Positions 10,058 to 18,248 of a stretch of DNA of 64,000 nt are shown here, piece after piece. The translations under genes were made by a program, and so were the position numbers. Source of the DNA: Candidatus Poribacteria bacterium (lineage in GTDB: Bacteria; Poribacteria; WGA-4E; PCPOR2b); contig OZ242351.1 in NCBI GenBank assembly GCA_965208675.1, positions 1,184,001 to 1,248,000 of the forward strand, written 5' to 3'. Under the pieces are notes generated by a model. The model worked only from the letters and a program-made list of their open reading frames with translations. It was not told where the DNA came from and did no database searches. Within the stretch, counting starts at the first letter, position 1; every line of letters starts with the position of its first letter.

Positions 10058-11626
10058 GTGAACAATAACCTAAACGAAATCGAACGGCGGCTGTGGAGCG
10101 CCGCCGATGTACTCCGAGCCAATTCGCGGCTGCGGCCGTCTGAATACTCAACGCCGGTCCTCGGTCGAATCTTCCTCCGCTACGCCGACCACAAGTTTAC
10201 GCAGACAGAATCCGAAATCAACCGTGAACCGACCGCGGGCAGGCGTAGACGAGCCGACAAGACCGAATTTCAGGCGCGCGGCGCATTCTACCTCCCTGAG
10301 ACTGCGCGATTCAACCATCTCCTGAACCTGCCCGAAAGCGAAAACATCGGACAAGCTATCAACAACGCCATGAAGGCGATTGAGGAGGAAAACAGACAGG
10401 TTGACGGTGTGCTGCCCAAAACCTACAACCGGCTCGAAAAGACCACGCTTCTTGAACTGCTCCGCATCATGGAACGTATTCCGATGGATATTGAGGGCGA
10501 CGCATTCGGTAAAGTCTACGAATATTTCCTCGGCAACTTCGCCATGACCGAAGGCGCGCGCGGCGGCGAGTTTTTCACCCCTACCTCGCTCGTAAAGCTA
10601 ATCGTCGAAATCATCGAACCGTACCAAGGACGCATCCTCGACCCCGCCTGCGGCTCCGGCGGCATGTTTGTCCAGAGCGCTGATTTCGTGCAGCGGCACC
10701 GCGAAAACGGAAACGGGCAAATCAGCATTCACGGAATCGAACGCGTCGCCGAGACTATCCGCCTCTGCAGGATGAACCTCGCTGTCCACGGACTCGAAGG
10801 CGACATAAAGCAGGCGAATAGCTACTACGAAGACGCGCACCGCGCCTTCGAAAAGTTCGACTTCGTCATGGCGAATCCCCCTTTCAACGTCGATCGCGTC
10901 GACAGAGAACGCATCAAAGACGACCCGCGTTTCCCGTTCGGCATGCCCCGCGTGGACAACGCCAACTATCTCTGGATTCAACTCTTCTTCAGCACGCTTA
11001 ACACCTTTGGGCGTGCCGGCTTCGTCATGGCGAACTCCGCCGCCGACGCCCGCGCATCGGAACTCGAAATCCGCCGGCAGATTATCGAATCCCGCGCCGT
11101 TGATGTCATGGTCAGCATCGGGTCCAACTTCTTCTACACTGTTGCATTGCCCTGTACCCTCTGGTTCTTCGACAAGTCAAAAGGGCACGGCGATAGACGG
11201 GATTCTGTGTTGTTCATTGATGCCCGCCACATCTATCATCAAGTCAGTCGCTCGCATCGCGAGTTCACGCCCCAACAACTGGAGTTTCTCGCCAATATCG
11301 TCCGGCTCCATCGCGGCAAACCGCCCGAAAATCGCCACGACAGTGCGGAATTGATGGGGTCGAAATTCCCTGATGGTACGTATGCCGATGTGCCCGGTCT
11401 CTGCAAAGTCGCGTCAATTGCGGAAATCGAAGCGCAAGGCTGGAGCCTCAACCCCGGCCGTTACGTCGGCGTCGCCGATCGAGAGGCGGATGCCTTCGAC
11501 TTCGCCGAACGGCTGGGCGAACTCAACGAGGAACTGGAAATCCTGAACGCTGAAGCGCATCAGTTAGAGGAACGCATCGGGGAGAATGTAGCCATGATTT
11601 TGGAGGAGTCAGTGAAAATCGTCTGA
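10058..11626 (+). CDS. hsdM: Type I restriction-modification DNA methyltransferase subunit M
   Basis: [34 protein letters not shown] (N6-adenine MTase motif IV). Confidence 0.97.
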   Translation: MNNNLNEIERRLWSAADVLRANSRLRPSEYSTPVLGRIFLRYADHKFTQTESEINREPTAGRRRRADKTEFQARGAFYLPETARFNHLLNLPESENIGQAINNAMKAIEEENRQVDGVLPKTYNRLEKTTLLELLRIMERIPMDIEGDAFGKVYEYFLGNFAMTEGARGGEFFTPTSLVKLIVEIIEPYQGRILDPACGSGGMFVQSADFVQRHRENGNGQISIHGIERVAETIRLCRMNLAVHGLEGDIKQANSYYEDAHRAFEKFDFVMANPPFNVDRVDRERIKDDPRFPFGMPRVDNANYLWIQLFFSTLNTFGRAGFVMANSAADARASELEIRRQIIESRAVDVMVSIGSNFFYTVALPCTLWFFDKSKGHGDRRDSVLFIDARHIYHQVSRSHREFTPQQLEFLANIVRLHRGKPPENRHDSAELMGSKFPDGTYADVPGLCKVASIAEIEAQGWSLNPGRYVGVADREADAFDFAERLGELNEELEILNAEAHQLEERIGENVAMILEESVKIV

Positions 11627-11724
11627 ATCAGGATATCCAGAATTAAAGGATTTTCAGGATAATAAACGGGTGCGGCACGGACAAATCCTGTGAATCCTTT
11701 AATCCTGCAAATCCTGATTCAGAC
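11621..11724. repeat. 104-bp AATCC-periodic hairpin element, copy 1 (overlaps the hsdM stop)
   Basis: GTCTGAATCAGGAT...ATCCTGATTCAGAC terminal IR; AATCCT repeated every 8-9 bp in the right arm. Confidence 0.85.
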
Positions 11725-11777
11725 TGAATTCAGCGACAATTTTGGAGGTAGACGATGTAACAATTGTCGAAAAAAAC

Positions 11778-11807
11778 TTGACAACTGTAATTCCTTGAGG
11801 GTACAAT
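11778..11807 (+). promoter_or_regulatory. Sigma70-type promoter
   Basis: TTGACA (11778-83), 18-bp spacer, TACAAT (11802-07). Confidence 0.7.
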
Positions 11808-11812
11808 ACTGC

Positions 11813-11902
11813 TAATACAATCTAGGGGATAGGACGGGCATGTTATTTACTAACCGAGGGCATGATCACCTTCGGCGTAGACAATGTGCCTTTTTTTGTT
11901 TT
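11813..11902 (+). ncRNA. Candidate small structured RNA or attenuator
   Basis: Directly follows the promoter. Nested stems GGCATGTT/AATGTGCC and CCGAGGG/CCTTCGG use G-U pairs and end in a long T-run; no recognisable ORF. Confidence 0.45.
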
Positions 11903-12110
11903 GTATAGAAAATGGCAGTGTGCCTAGTTTCCGTGGAATCGCTTAGCCCAAAGTTATCGCCGTCCAAATGCCCGTTAAGGCATGTTCGAAAATACAGGAC
12001 TTTTGAAACGTGGTTGAACTTCACTTACAAACGATGATTCCAAAAAAAACTTCTAGGTCATGGATGAGCTAGCATATTATAGATTTAACCAAATCCTGGA
12101 AATATTAAAA

Positions 12111-12400
12111 ATATGTGACATGATGTGAGGTTTTGTGACATTCATCAAGATTTTGCCAAATTCAAAAATTCGTGGAACCCTTGTCGGAAGCGGATTTGAG
12201 AGCCTTTTGCTCCCCGCGGTGCTGCCACGCACAATATCGCTCACTATGTCACATATTGTGACATTGGAATTAAAGGTGAATCCACCTAAAATTCCATTAA
12301 ATTCACACTACAAGCGGAATTACGTAAGAAACAACGCCGCAAATTTGAATGTCACACGTAATATCACAAAATGTGACATGATGTGAGGTTTTGTGACATC
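12111..12400. repeat. Phased TGTGACA/TGTCACA motif cluster, including a 29-bp direct repeat
   Basis: ATGTGACATGATGTGAGGTTTTGTGACAT at 12113 and 12371; palindrome ATGTCACATATTGTGACAT at 12246; seven exact heptamers in total. Confidence 0.85.
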
Positions 12401-12469
12401 CTGTCGACGGAATTGACAGAAATTAACCGTGAAACTTTCTCGAAATGTAGGGAATGAGGAGGCACTACA

Positions 12470-13216
12470 ATGGATAATAACGGAAATAAACCCTTACCTG
12501 CTGCAGCACCTGCTAGCGGTACAGTATTAGACCTTCCAGAAGAACAAAAATGGGCGGCTTCCGTGTGGGACACGAAAAGCACGACCGAAATCGCAAGCGC
12601 CCTCGGCATTCCGCTTAATGTCGTAGAGGAATGGTGCGAACAGCCCCGTTTCCAAGTCGAACTCTGCCAACAAGAATGGGACATTCAGCCGGAAATCGAG
12701 GTAACACACGCTGTCGTACTGGTGTTGGAAGATGTCTCTTATGCCGAAACCGAGGTTATGGTCGGATTGGAAAATGGCACCCTTATGGCTTGGGCACAAG
12801 ATGAGGAAAGCGACTTTAATAGACTACTGTATTACCTGAATGACGAGGCAAACAATTCGTCGCTATCTGGTCTTTCACCAGAAGATCGAATTTTTGAAAA
12901 TCGTGCAGACGGCTTGAGCGAAGAGCAACTGCAAGCAATTCCTCTTATCGTCGAGGGAAAAACGGATGCAGATGTCGCCGAATCAATCGGCAAAGCGCGA
13001 GAAACGGTCAACCGGTGGCGAAACCGTGACAATGCCTTCAAGACAGCATTGGATGATGCAAGCAAGTCCCATTACGATTCACAAATCGCGGCGCTGACGG
13101 CACGTACACAGAAAGCGCTCTCAGTCCTCGATGGGCTGCTCGAGAGCGATGACGAAAAAATTCGCCTGCAAGCGGCAAGCTTGCTTATAAAATCAACGCC
13201 AGCGCTAAGAAAATAG
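12470..13216 (+). CDS. Multi-HTH protein resembling phage/satellite terminase-small-subunit-like (phBC6A51-type) HTH proteins
   Basis: RBS GAGGAGG; LSEEQLQAIPLIVEGKTDADVAESIGKARETVNRWR HTH followed by ALSVLDGLLESDDEKIRLQAA; additional degenerate HTHs upstream. Confidence 0.65.
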   Translation: MDNNGNKPLPAAAPASGTVLDLPEEQKWAASVWDTKSTTEIASALGIPLNVVEEWCEQPRFQVELCQQEWDIQPEIEVTHAVVLVLEDVSYAETEVMVGLENGTLMAWAQDEESDFNRLLYYLNDEANNSSLSGLSPEDRIFENRADGLSEEQLQAIPLIVEGKTDADVAESIGKARETVNRWRNRDNAFKTALDDASKSHYDSQIAALTARTQKALSVLDGLLESDDEKIRLQAASLLIKSTPALRK

Positions 13217-13313
13217 TGTCGAGGCGCTTCATTCATAGTATTGGCGTACCTCTGCAAAGGGAGCTATATTCCGGTGTTCTAAGGATTTCCTTGGTAGGTT
13301 GGAGAATAAAATC

Positions 13314-13417
13314 GCCTGAATCAACCTTGGCGGCGTAATAGGATATACAGGACAATAGACGTAGGTCGACAGAATGAATCCTGTAAATCCTTTAATCCTG
13401 AAAATCCTCATTCAGAC
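13314..13417. repeat. 104-bp AATCC-periodic element, copy 2 (left arm degenerate)
   Basis: GCCTGAATCA...AATCCTGTAAATCCTTTAATCCTGAAAATCCTCATTCAGAC; same length and orientation as copy 1. Confidence 0.8.
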
Positions 13418-13448
13418 TCAATTCGACGGTGCAACTGGAGGACACGGT

Positions 13449-14684
13449 TTGTTTGGAAAATTGCCTAAAGGTTGGAAAATCAGAACACTTGGAGATGTTA
13501 CACACATCTTTAAGGGAGGCACCCCTAAACGCAATGTTGAGAGATATTTCCAAGGCGATATTGCATGGGCCACACCGACTGACATTTCCAAATTGAATGG
13601 GGCATTGTACATTGATGATACAGCAACACATATATCCGAGGAAGCTCTGGGAAAAAGTTCCGCAAGATTGTTGCCGGTTGGAACTGTACTTTTGACGAGC
13701 CGAGCAACAATTGGAAAGGTTGCAATCACTAGGGTTCCCATAGCAACAAATCAAGGCTTTGCCAACTTCTTATGCAAAGAGGAGATTGTAAATGTCTTTC
13801 TTGCCTACTTTCTCAGAGCCGTAACGGACATGCTAGTGTCGCTCGGTACGGGAACAACATTTTTGGAGGTTACGAAGGCAACACTTCTTGACGTTGAAAT
13901 TCCGCTACCCCCTCGCCCCACCCAACGCAAAATCGCTGCCATTCTCAGCGCCTACGACAACCTCATTGATAACAACACCCGCCGCATCAAAATCCTTGAA
14001 GACATGGCGGCTACCATCTACCGGCAATGGTTCGTCGAATTCCGCTTCCCCGGCCACCAAAACGTCCCAATGGTCGAGTCCGAGCTAGGCTCAATCCCGC
14101 AGGGGTGGGAAGTAATGCCACTTGGTGAAATTTGCCATGTGTTAATGGGCCAGTCACCGAAATCTGAGTTCTATAATGAAACAGGGGAAGGGTTACCATT
14201 CCACCAAGGCGTAACAGACTTTGGGAACCGATTTCCAACAGATCAGGTATATTGCACTGTTGAAAATCGCATTGCAAACGAAGGGGATATCTTATTTAGC
14301 GTTCGTGCACCTGTTGGAAGAATCAACCTCGCAAATAAAAGGATAGTAATTGGTCGTGGACTTGCTGCAATCCGAAGCAATCGTGGAAATCAATCGTTTT
14401 TATTTCAACAATTGCGAGATGAATTCCGAGAGGAAGACACCATGGGCAGTGGGAGGATTTTTAATGCAATCACGAAGGGAGATTTGTTGGGGATTCAACT
14501 CCTAAAACCAATAGAATCAAATATCGATCACTTCGAGGAAAATGTCGAACCAATCTTCTCTAAGTTGGCAAACCTAACACTTAAAAGCACCAACCTCCGC
14601 CAAACCCGCGACCTCCTCCTCCCCAAACTCATTTCAGGAGAGATTGACGTATCCGAACTTGACATTGACACCGAAGGGATATAA
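13449..14684 (+). CDS. hsdS: Type I restriction-modification specificity subunit S
   Basis: Two TRDs (LPKGWK..GGTP; IPQGWE..GQSP), central QRKIAAILSAYDNLIDNN, terminal TRDLLLPKLISGEIDV. Likely TTG start at 13449 after GGAGG. Confidence 0.95.
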   Translation: MFGKLPKGWKIRTLGDVTHIFKGGTPKRNVERYFQGDIAWATPTDISKLNGALYIDDTATHISEEALGKSSARLLPVGTVLLTSRATIGKVAITRVPIATNQGFANFLCKEEIVNVFLAYFLRAVTDMLVSLGTGTTFLEVTKATLLDVEIPLPPRPTQRKIAAILSAYDNLIDNNTRRIKILEDMAATIYRQWFVEFRFPGHQNVPMVESELGSIPQGWEVMPLGEICHVLMGQSPKSEFYNETGEGLPFHQGVTDFGNRFPTDQVYCTVENRIANEGDILFSVRAPVGRINLANKRIVIGRGLAAIRSNRGNQSFLFQQLRDEFREEDTMGSGRIFNAITKGDLLGIQLLKPIESNIDHFEENVEPIFSKLANLTLKSTNLRQTRDLLLPKLISGEIDVSELDIDTEGI

Positions 14685-14999
14685 CCGCGAGCTAGTGCGA
14701 GCTAATGCAGTTATGGTGCGTCACTTCAAAAGCTATGAAATTTCATAGTAACATTTTTTAAAAAGTCGGCTAAACCCGCGCCCCACCTAAGTTTACAGAC
14801 ATTCGTCGTCCGCTCTTTTTCACAGTTTACTATGAAAACTATGAAATTCTGCACCAAAATCACCCATCGCTTCACCGTTACGCTAATTTCACCGCAACGT
14901 AATATTAACGAAAGTTACGATTATCTTTCGCAATAAACCAACATGTGATAAAATAGCTTCGTCTTATGACCGCAAGGTAGCTAGGAAAGGTGCCCACCC

Positions 15000-16223
15000 A
15001 TGCCACAAGCGAAATCATATTTGGAAAAAGTTCATATCAAAAACTTCTTGAGTTTTTCTGATGTGGAGTTTCCGTTAAAGCCTTTGACAATCCTTGTTGG
15101 TCCCAATGCTAGTGGGAAATCAAATGCGCTTGAAAGTTTGCATCTTCTCAACAGAACAATCACACACGGTGCGCTGCCCGCGCTTGTGGTAATCCGAGAT
15201 ACATCCCCGATGAATGAAGCGGACCGCGTTCGCTTTAGATTTCAAGCACAAATTGGACAAGCTGAAACAATATACAATCTAGTTCTAGAAGCGCAGACGG
15301 ACGGGAGTTCAGTCAATACGGAATCATCAATGCACGATCGGGCGACATCTCCAGTGCGAATTGTTGATGAAGGGCTACTGGTTAATGGTGTAAATGTAAT
15401 TTCATTCCAAGGCGGACAGCTTCTGCTCAAAGACGAGAATGGCGAGAATGAGACAACATTCAAATCTGACACTCTCGCACTGAAGTCTGCTGGGAATTAC
15501 GGAAACAAACCTATCACCCGTGAATTAGCGGAATTTATTGAGAAATGGGAATTCTTTGATTTTCGGTCAAAACTCGAATCAAGTTCCTTCACAACCCCTA
15601 TGGTTTGGTCGCCGAGACAACATGGTTTTCCAAATTCGCACGCTACTTATAAGGACCTTCAGATATCGTCATTATCTTCGTTGCTTTTAGATTGGTATGA
15701 AAGCGATCGGGATCGATTCGACTGCGTCAGTGAACGCCTTCAGGCTTCTACTAATCTCAAAATAGAAAGGCGTTCAGTTGCCGGAGTTAACGTACTCACT
15801 CTAGAAGGGCACAAGTCTTGGTCATTCCTAGATACTGCATCTGACGGCACATTACGTCTAATGGCATATTACACCATGCTTAACCGCCCAGAGTTGCCGC
15901 CGCTAATTGCCATTGAAGAACCGGAACGGAATCTTCACCCCGCTGCTTTGACTGAAATAGCAAATGTCCTTGAGCAACTTGCCGAACAATCCCAAATCAT
16001 TATCACTACCCATAGCTCACAGCTTCTTGATGTCTTCACTCCCGAAAAATTATCGGATTCTATTGGTGTTTTGCTTTTGCGCAACCCGCCTGAACGTGGC
16101 ACGGAGTTCATCAGCCTTCAGGATATCCGTCGCAACCGTGTCGCATTAGATGGTTGGATTGCAGATTTTGGGATAGGCAGTGCCATTTTCGAGAGTGAAC
16201 TTCTGCAAGACCTAATGGAGTAA
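15000..16223 (+). CDS. ABC-type ATPase (AAA_21/OLD/AbiEii-like family)
   Basis: IKNFLSF, Walker A GPNASGKSN, signature SDGTLR, Walker B IAIEEPERNLHP, TTHS. Confidence 0.9.
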   Translation: MPQAKSYLEKVHIKNFLSFSDVEFPLKPLTILVGPNASGKSNALESLHLLNRTITHGALPALVVIRDTSPMNEADRVRFRFQAQIGQAETIYNLVLEAQTDGSSVNTESSMHDRATSPVRIVDEGLLVNGVNVISFQGGQLLLKDENGENETTFKSDTLALKSAGNYGNKPITRELAEFIEKWEFFDFRSKLESSSFTTPMVWSPRQHGFPNSHATYKDLQISSLSSLLLDWYESDRDRFDCVSERLQASTNLKIERRSVAGVNVLTLEGHKSWSFLDTASDGTLRLMAYYTMLNRPELPPLIAIEEPERNLHPAALTEIANVLEQLAEQSQIIITTHSSQLLDVFTPEKLSDSIGVLLLRNPPERGTEFISLQDIRRNRVALDGWIADFGIGSAIFESELLQDLME

Positions 16224-16228
16224 CCAGC

Positions 16229-16756
16229 ATGTCAACCGTAAGAATCTGGGATTTAAACCCCCACTTTGATGCCAATGCGGTCAAACGTACCGCATATCAG
16301 GTGGTAAGAGATTCGCAACTTGATAATCTTTTCATCCAAACAGTTGACAAAAAGGCATTCTTGATTCGAAAAGGGAAAGCCTTGAGCAACACCTTGAGGC
16401 AAGCGATTCAGCTTTACCTCCAACAAGATGACTATGTCATTTTCGTCGCCGATTCCCATAGTCCGCCGCAAACCGATCAACAACCACGAGTGTCGGATTC
16501 TTTGATCAGTCACGTTGCACAGGTCGTAAAAGACAATATATTTGACGGCAGGGTATTCCTCGCACGAAGTGTTCAGGAACTGAACGCATGGTTGCCAATT
16601 ACGCAAAAATCCTTTGAAGGGAACTCAACTGCGTGGCAGAAAGAGTGGAACAACATAGTCACATCATTCCACGACGCCTTTGCCAACACGCCAGAGAATG
16701 AGGTTGCGCGGGATCTTGATGCAACATTGGAGGAGGTGAGGCGTGAGCGAACCTGA
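16229..16756 (+). CDS. Hypothetical protein: truncated DUF4276-like N-terminus fused to an antitoxin-like C-terminal helix
   Basis: VIFVADSH and VQELNAWL (compare ExEAW in DUF4276); acidic tail ENEVARDLDATLEEVRRER overlaps the PIN gene. Confidence 0.55.
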   Translation: MSTVRIWDLNPHFDANAVKRTAYQVVRDSQLDNLFIQTVDKKAFLIRKGKALSNTLRQAIQLYLQQDDYVIFVADSHSPPQTDQQPRVSDSLISHVAQVVKDNIFDGRVFLARSVQELNAWLPITQKSFEGNSTAWQKEWNNIVTSFHDAFANTPENEVARDLDATLEEVRRERT

Positions 16757-17210
16757 ACATCGGTGGCGCGTTTACCGGATAACAATTGACACCAATGTCT
16801 TTTTGCGTTCATTAATTCGTCGCGAAAACGACGCTAATCATCTGCTCTCCCTTTGGATAGATTTACGGTTTGTCCTTGTGTTATCGCAGGCAATTCTTGA
16901 TGAAATTCGAGAGGTGCTGTCAAGGCCCGCACTCATCCAAAAATACTCATTTTCGCCGCATTCAGTCTCCCATCTAATCGATCTATTGGGCGGACGAGCA
17001 GTCATTGTTGAAGTACCTTTCTCATATGAATTATGCCGCGATGTTAAAGATGATCCGGTAGCCGATTGTGCGGTCTGGGGAAGAGTACAATTCTTGGTAT
17101 CCTATGACAACGACTTTTTAGATGATTCCACACTCAGACAGGCTTTGTTTGAATTCGGCGTGGAAATCGTTCATCCCGGTACGGTTCTGGAGAACATTCA
17201 GGGCGCATAA
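16743..17210 (+). CDS. PIN-domain toxin (TIGR00305-like)
   Basis: ITIDTNVFL, ILDEIREVLSRP, CRDVKDDPVADCA, LVSYDNDFL. Confidence 0.9.
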   Translation: MSEPEHRWRVYRITIDTNVFLRSLIRRENDANHLLSLWIDLRFVLVLSQAILDEIREVLSRPALIQKYSFSPHSVSHLIDLLGGRAVIVEVPFSYELCRDVKDDPVADCAVWGRVQFLVSYDNDFLDDSTLRQALFEFGVEIVHPGTVLENIQGA

Positions 17211-17475
17211 GTCAACGCACCCGATCCCGTCATTGATCGAGAGACGTTACATCTCAACAAATCTCTCCGCAAGTTAGGAAACGCGCTAGCCCAATTCAAT
17301 TGACGGGACTGAAAGCCCTTTTTTTATAGACTGTAAAAACTGTAATTTTGCAACAAACGATGCCCCAGAAAAAAGGCGCAACTGGAGGAGAATATGCGGT
17401 AGGAGAGCGTTTTAATCTGACCCTCTCTCACTCCCCCTTAGCAAGGGGGAGAATGTGTGTAGAATCCTATGACCT

Positions 17476-17500
17476 GTAGGGGCGCCCCTTGTGGGTGCCC
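17476..17500 (+). repeat. GTAG-family REP palindrome
   Basis: GTAGGGGCGCCCCTTGTGGGTGCCC; related copy at 59384. Confidence 0.7.
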
Positions 17501-17541
17501 ACTTACTGACCGGCACCACCCCCGATTAGGAAAGAATATCA

Positions 17542-17754
17542 ATGCAGCCCAAACCTGTGCAAAATTGGACAGACCGAATCGTTATTGACGAAGCAATTTT
17601 GACGGGAAAGCCCGTCATTAAAGGCACCCGTTTAGCTGTTGAATTCATCATTGACCTATTAGCGAACGGATGGAGCGAAGCAGAGATTCTTGAGAATTAT
17701 CCTGGAATTGTGATTGAGGACATTCGTGCATGTATCGAACACGCTAACACCTGA
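17542..17754 (+). CDS. DUF433 (VapB45-like) antitoxin
   Basis: IDEAILTGKPVIKGTRLAVEFII..EILENYP..EDIRAC. Confidence 0.9.
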   Translation: MQPKPVQNWTDRIVIDEAILTGKPVIKGTRLAVEFIIDLLANGWSEAEILENYPGIVIEDIRACIEHANT

Positions 17755-17757
17755 ATC

Positions 17758-17840
17758 AAGGATAAAGCAACTTCATTGCGAAGAATAAATCTCAACAAAC
17801 AACGACTCAGCATCAATAGAGACGAATACGAAAATGAATC
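17758..17840 (+). pseudogene. Probable C-terminal remnant of a Gp49/RelE-type toxin
   Basis: Translates KDKATSLRRINLNKQRLSINRDEYENE, resembling the 'TPxxEIxLIKQRL' C-terminus of these toxins; abuts the HigA-like gene. Confidence 0.4.
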
Positions 17841-18163
17841 AATTTGCCCAATTGTATCCGAGTTCCGGTAATGTGTTTCGGGACATCGGTATTCCCGTAG
17901 CCGAAGCTGAACGTGAACTCTTGAAGGCCGACCTCGCCTTTGTAATCCACACAATTCTTGAGAAACGAAAACTGACACGGTCAAAAGCGGGGAATATGCT
18001 CGGCATAGATTTGTCGGATGTGTCCCGACTAAAGAATGGCAATTTCGGTTGTTTTAGCGTGGAGCGTATGTTCACGTTTTTGAACAGTCTCAACTACAAT
18101 GTCGAGATTCACATTACGCCTTCGGGCGAGAACGGCGTACACCAGCGGGTCATTGCGGTTTAG
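17834..18163 (+). CDS. XRE-family HTH antitoxin (HigA-like, HTH_37)
   Basis: SSGNVFRDIG..LKADLA..LGIDLSDVSRLKNG..FSVERMFTFLNSL. Confidence 0.88.
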   Translation: MNQFAQLYPSSGNVFRDIGIPVAEAERELLKADLAFVIHTILEKRKLTRSKAGNMLGIDLSDVSRLKNGNFGCFSVERMFTFLNSLNYNVEIHITPSGENGVHQRVIAV

Positions 18164-18248
18164 CTGCCTACCCATATCCGCTGTGGGAGAGGCATCCTTG
18201 CCTCGATAATTGGGTGAACGCCCTTCGCCTCACTTCGGTTGAAGGGGT

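Noticed and set aside
10160-10175. HsdM VLGRIF instead of the usual VLGLIF as a sign of inactivation
   Set aside because: It is a single substitution outside the catalytic motifs; there is not enough evidence.
13374-13448. N-terminal extension MNPVNPLILKILIQT of HsdS
   Set aside because: It is a translation of the AATCC repeat element; a TTG with a good RBS lies at 13449.
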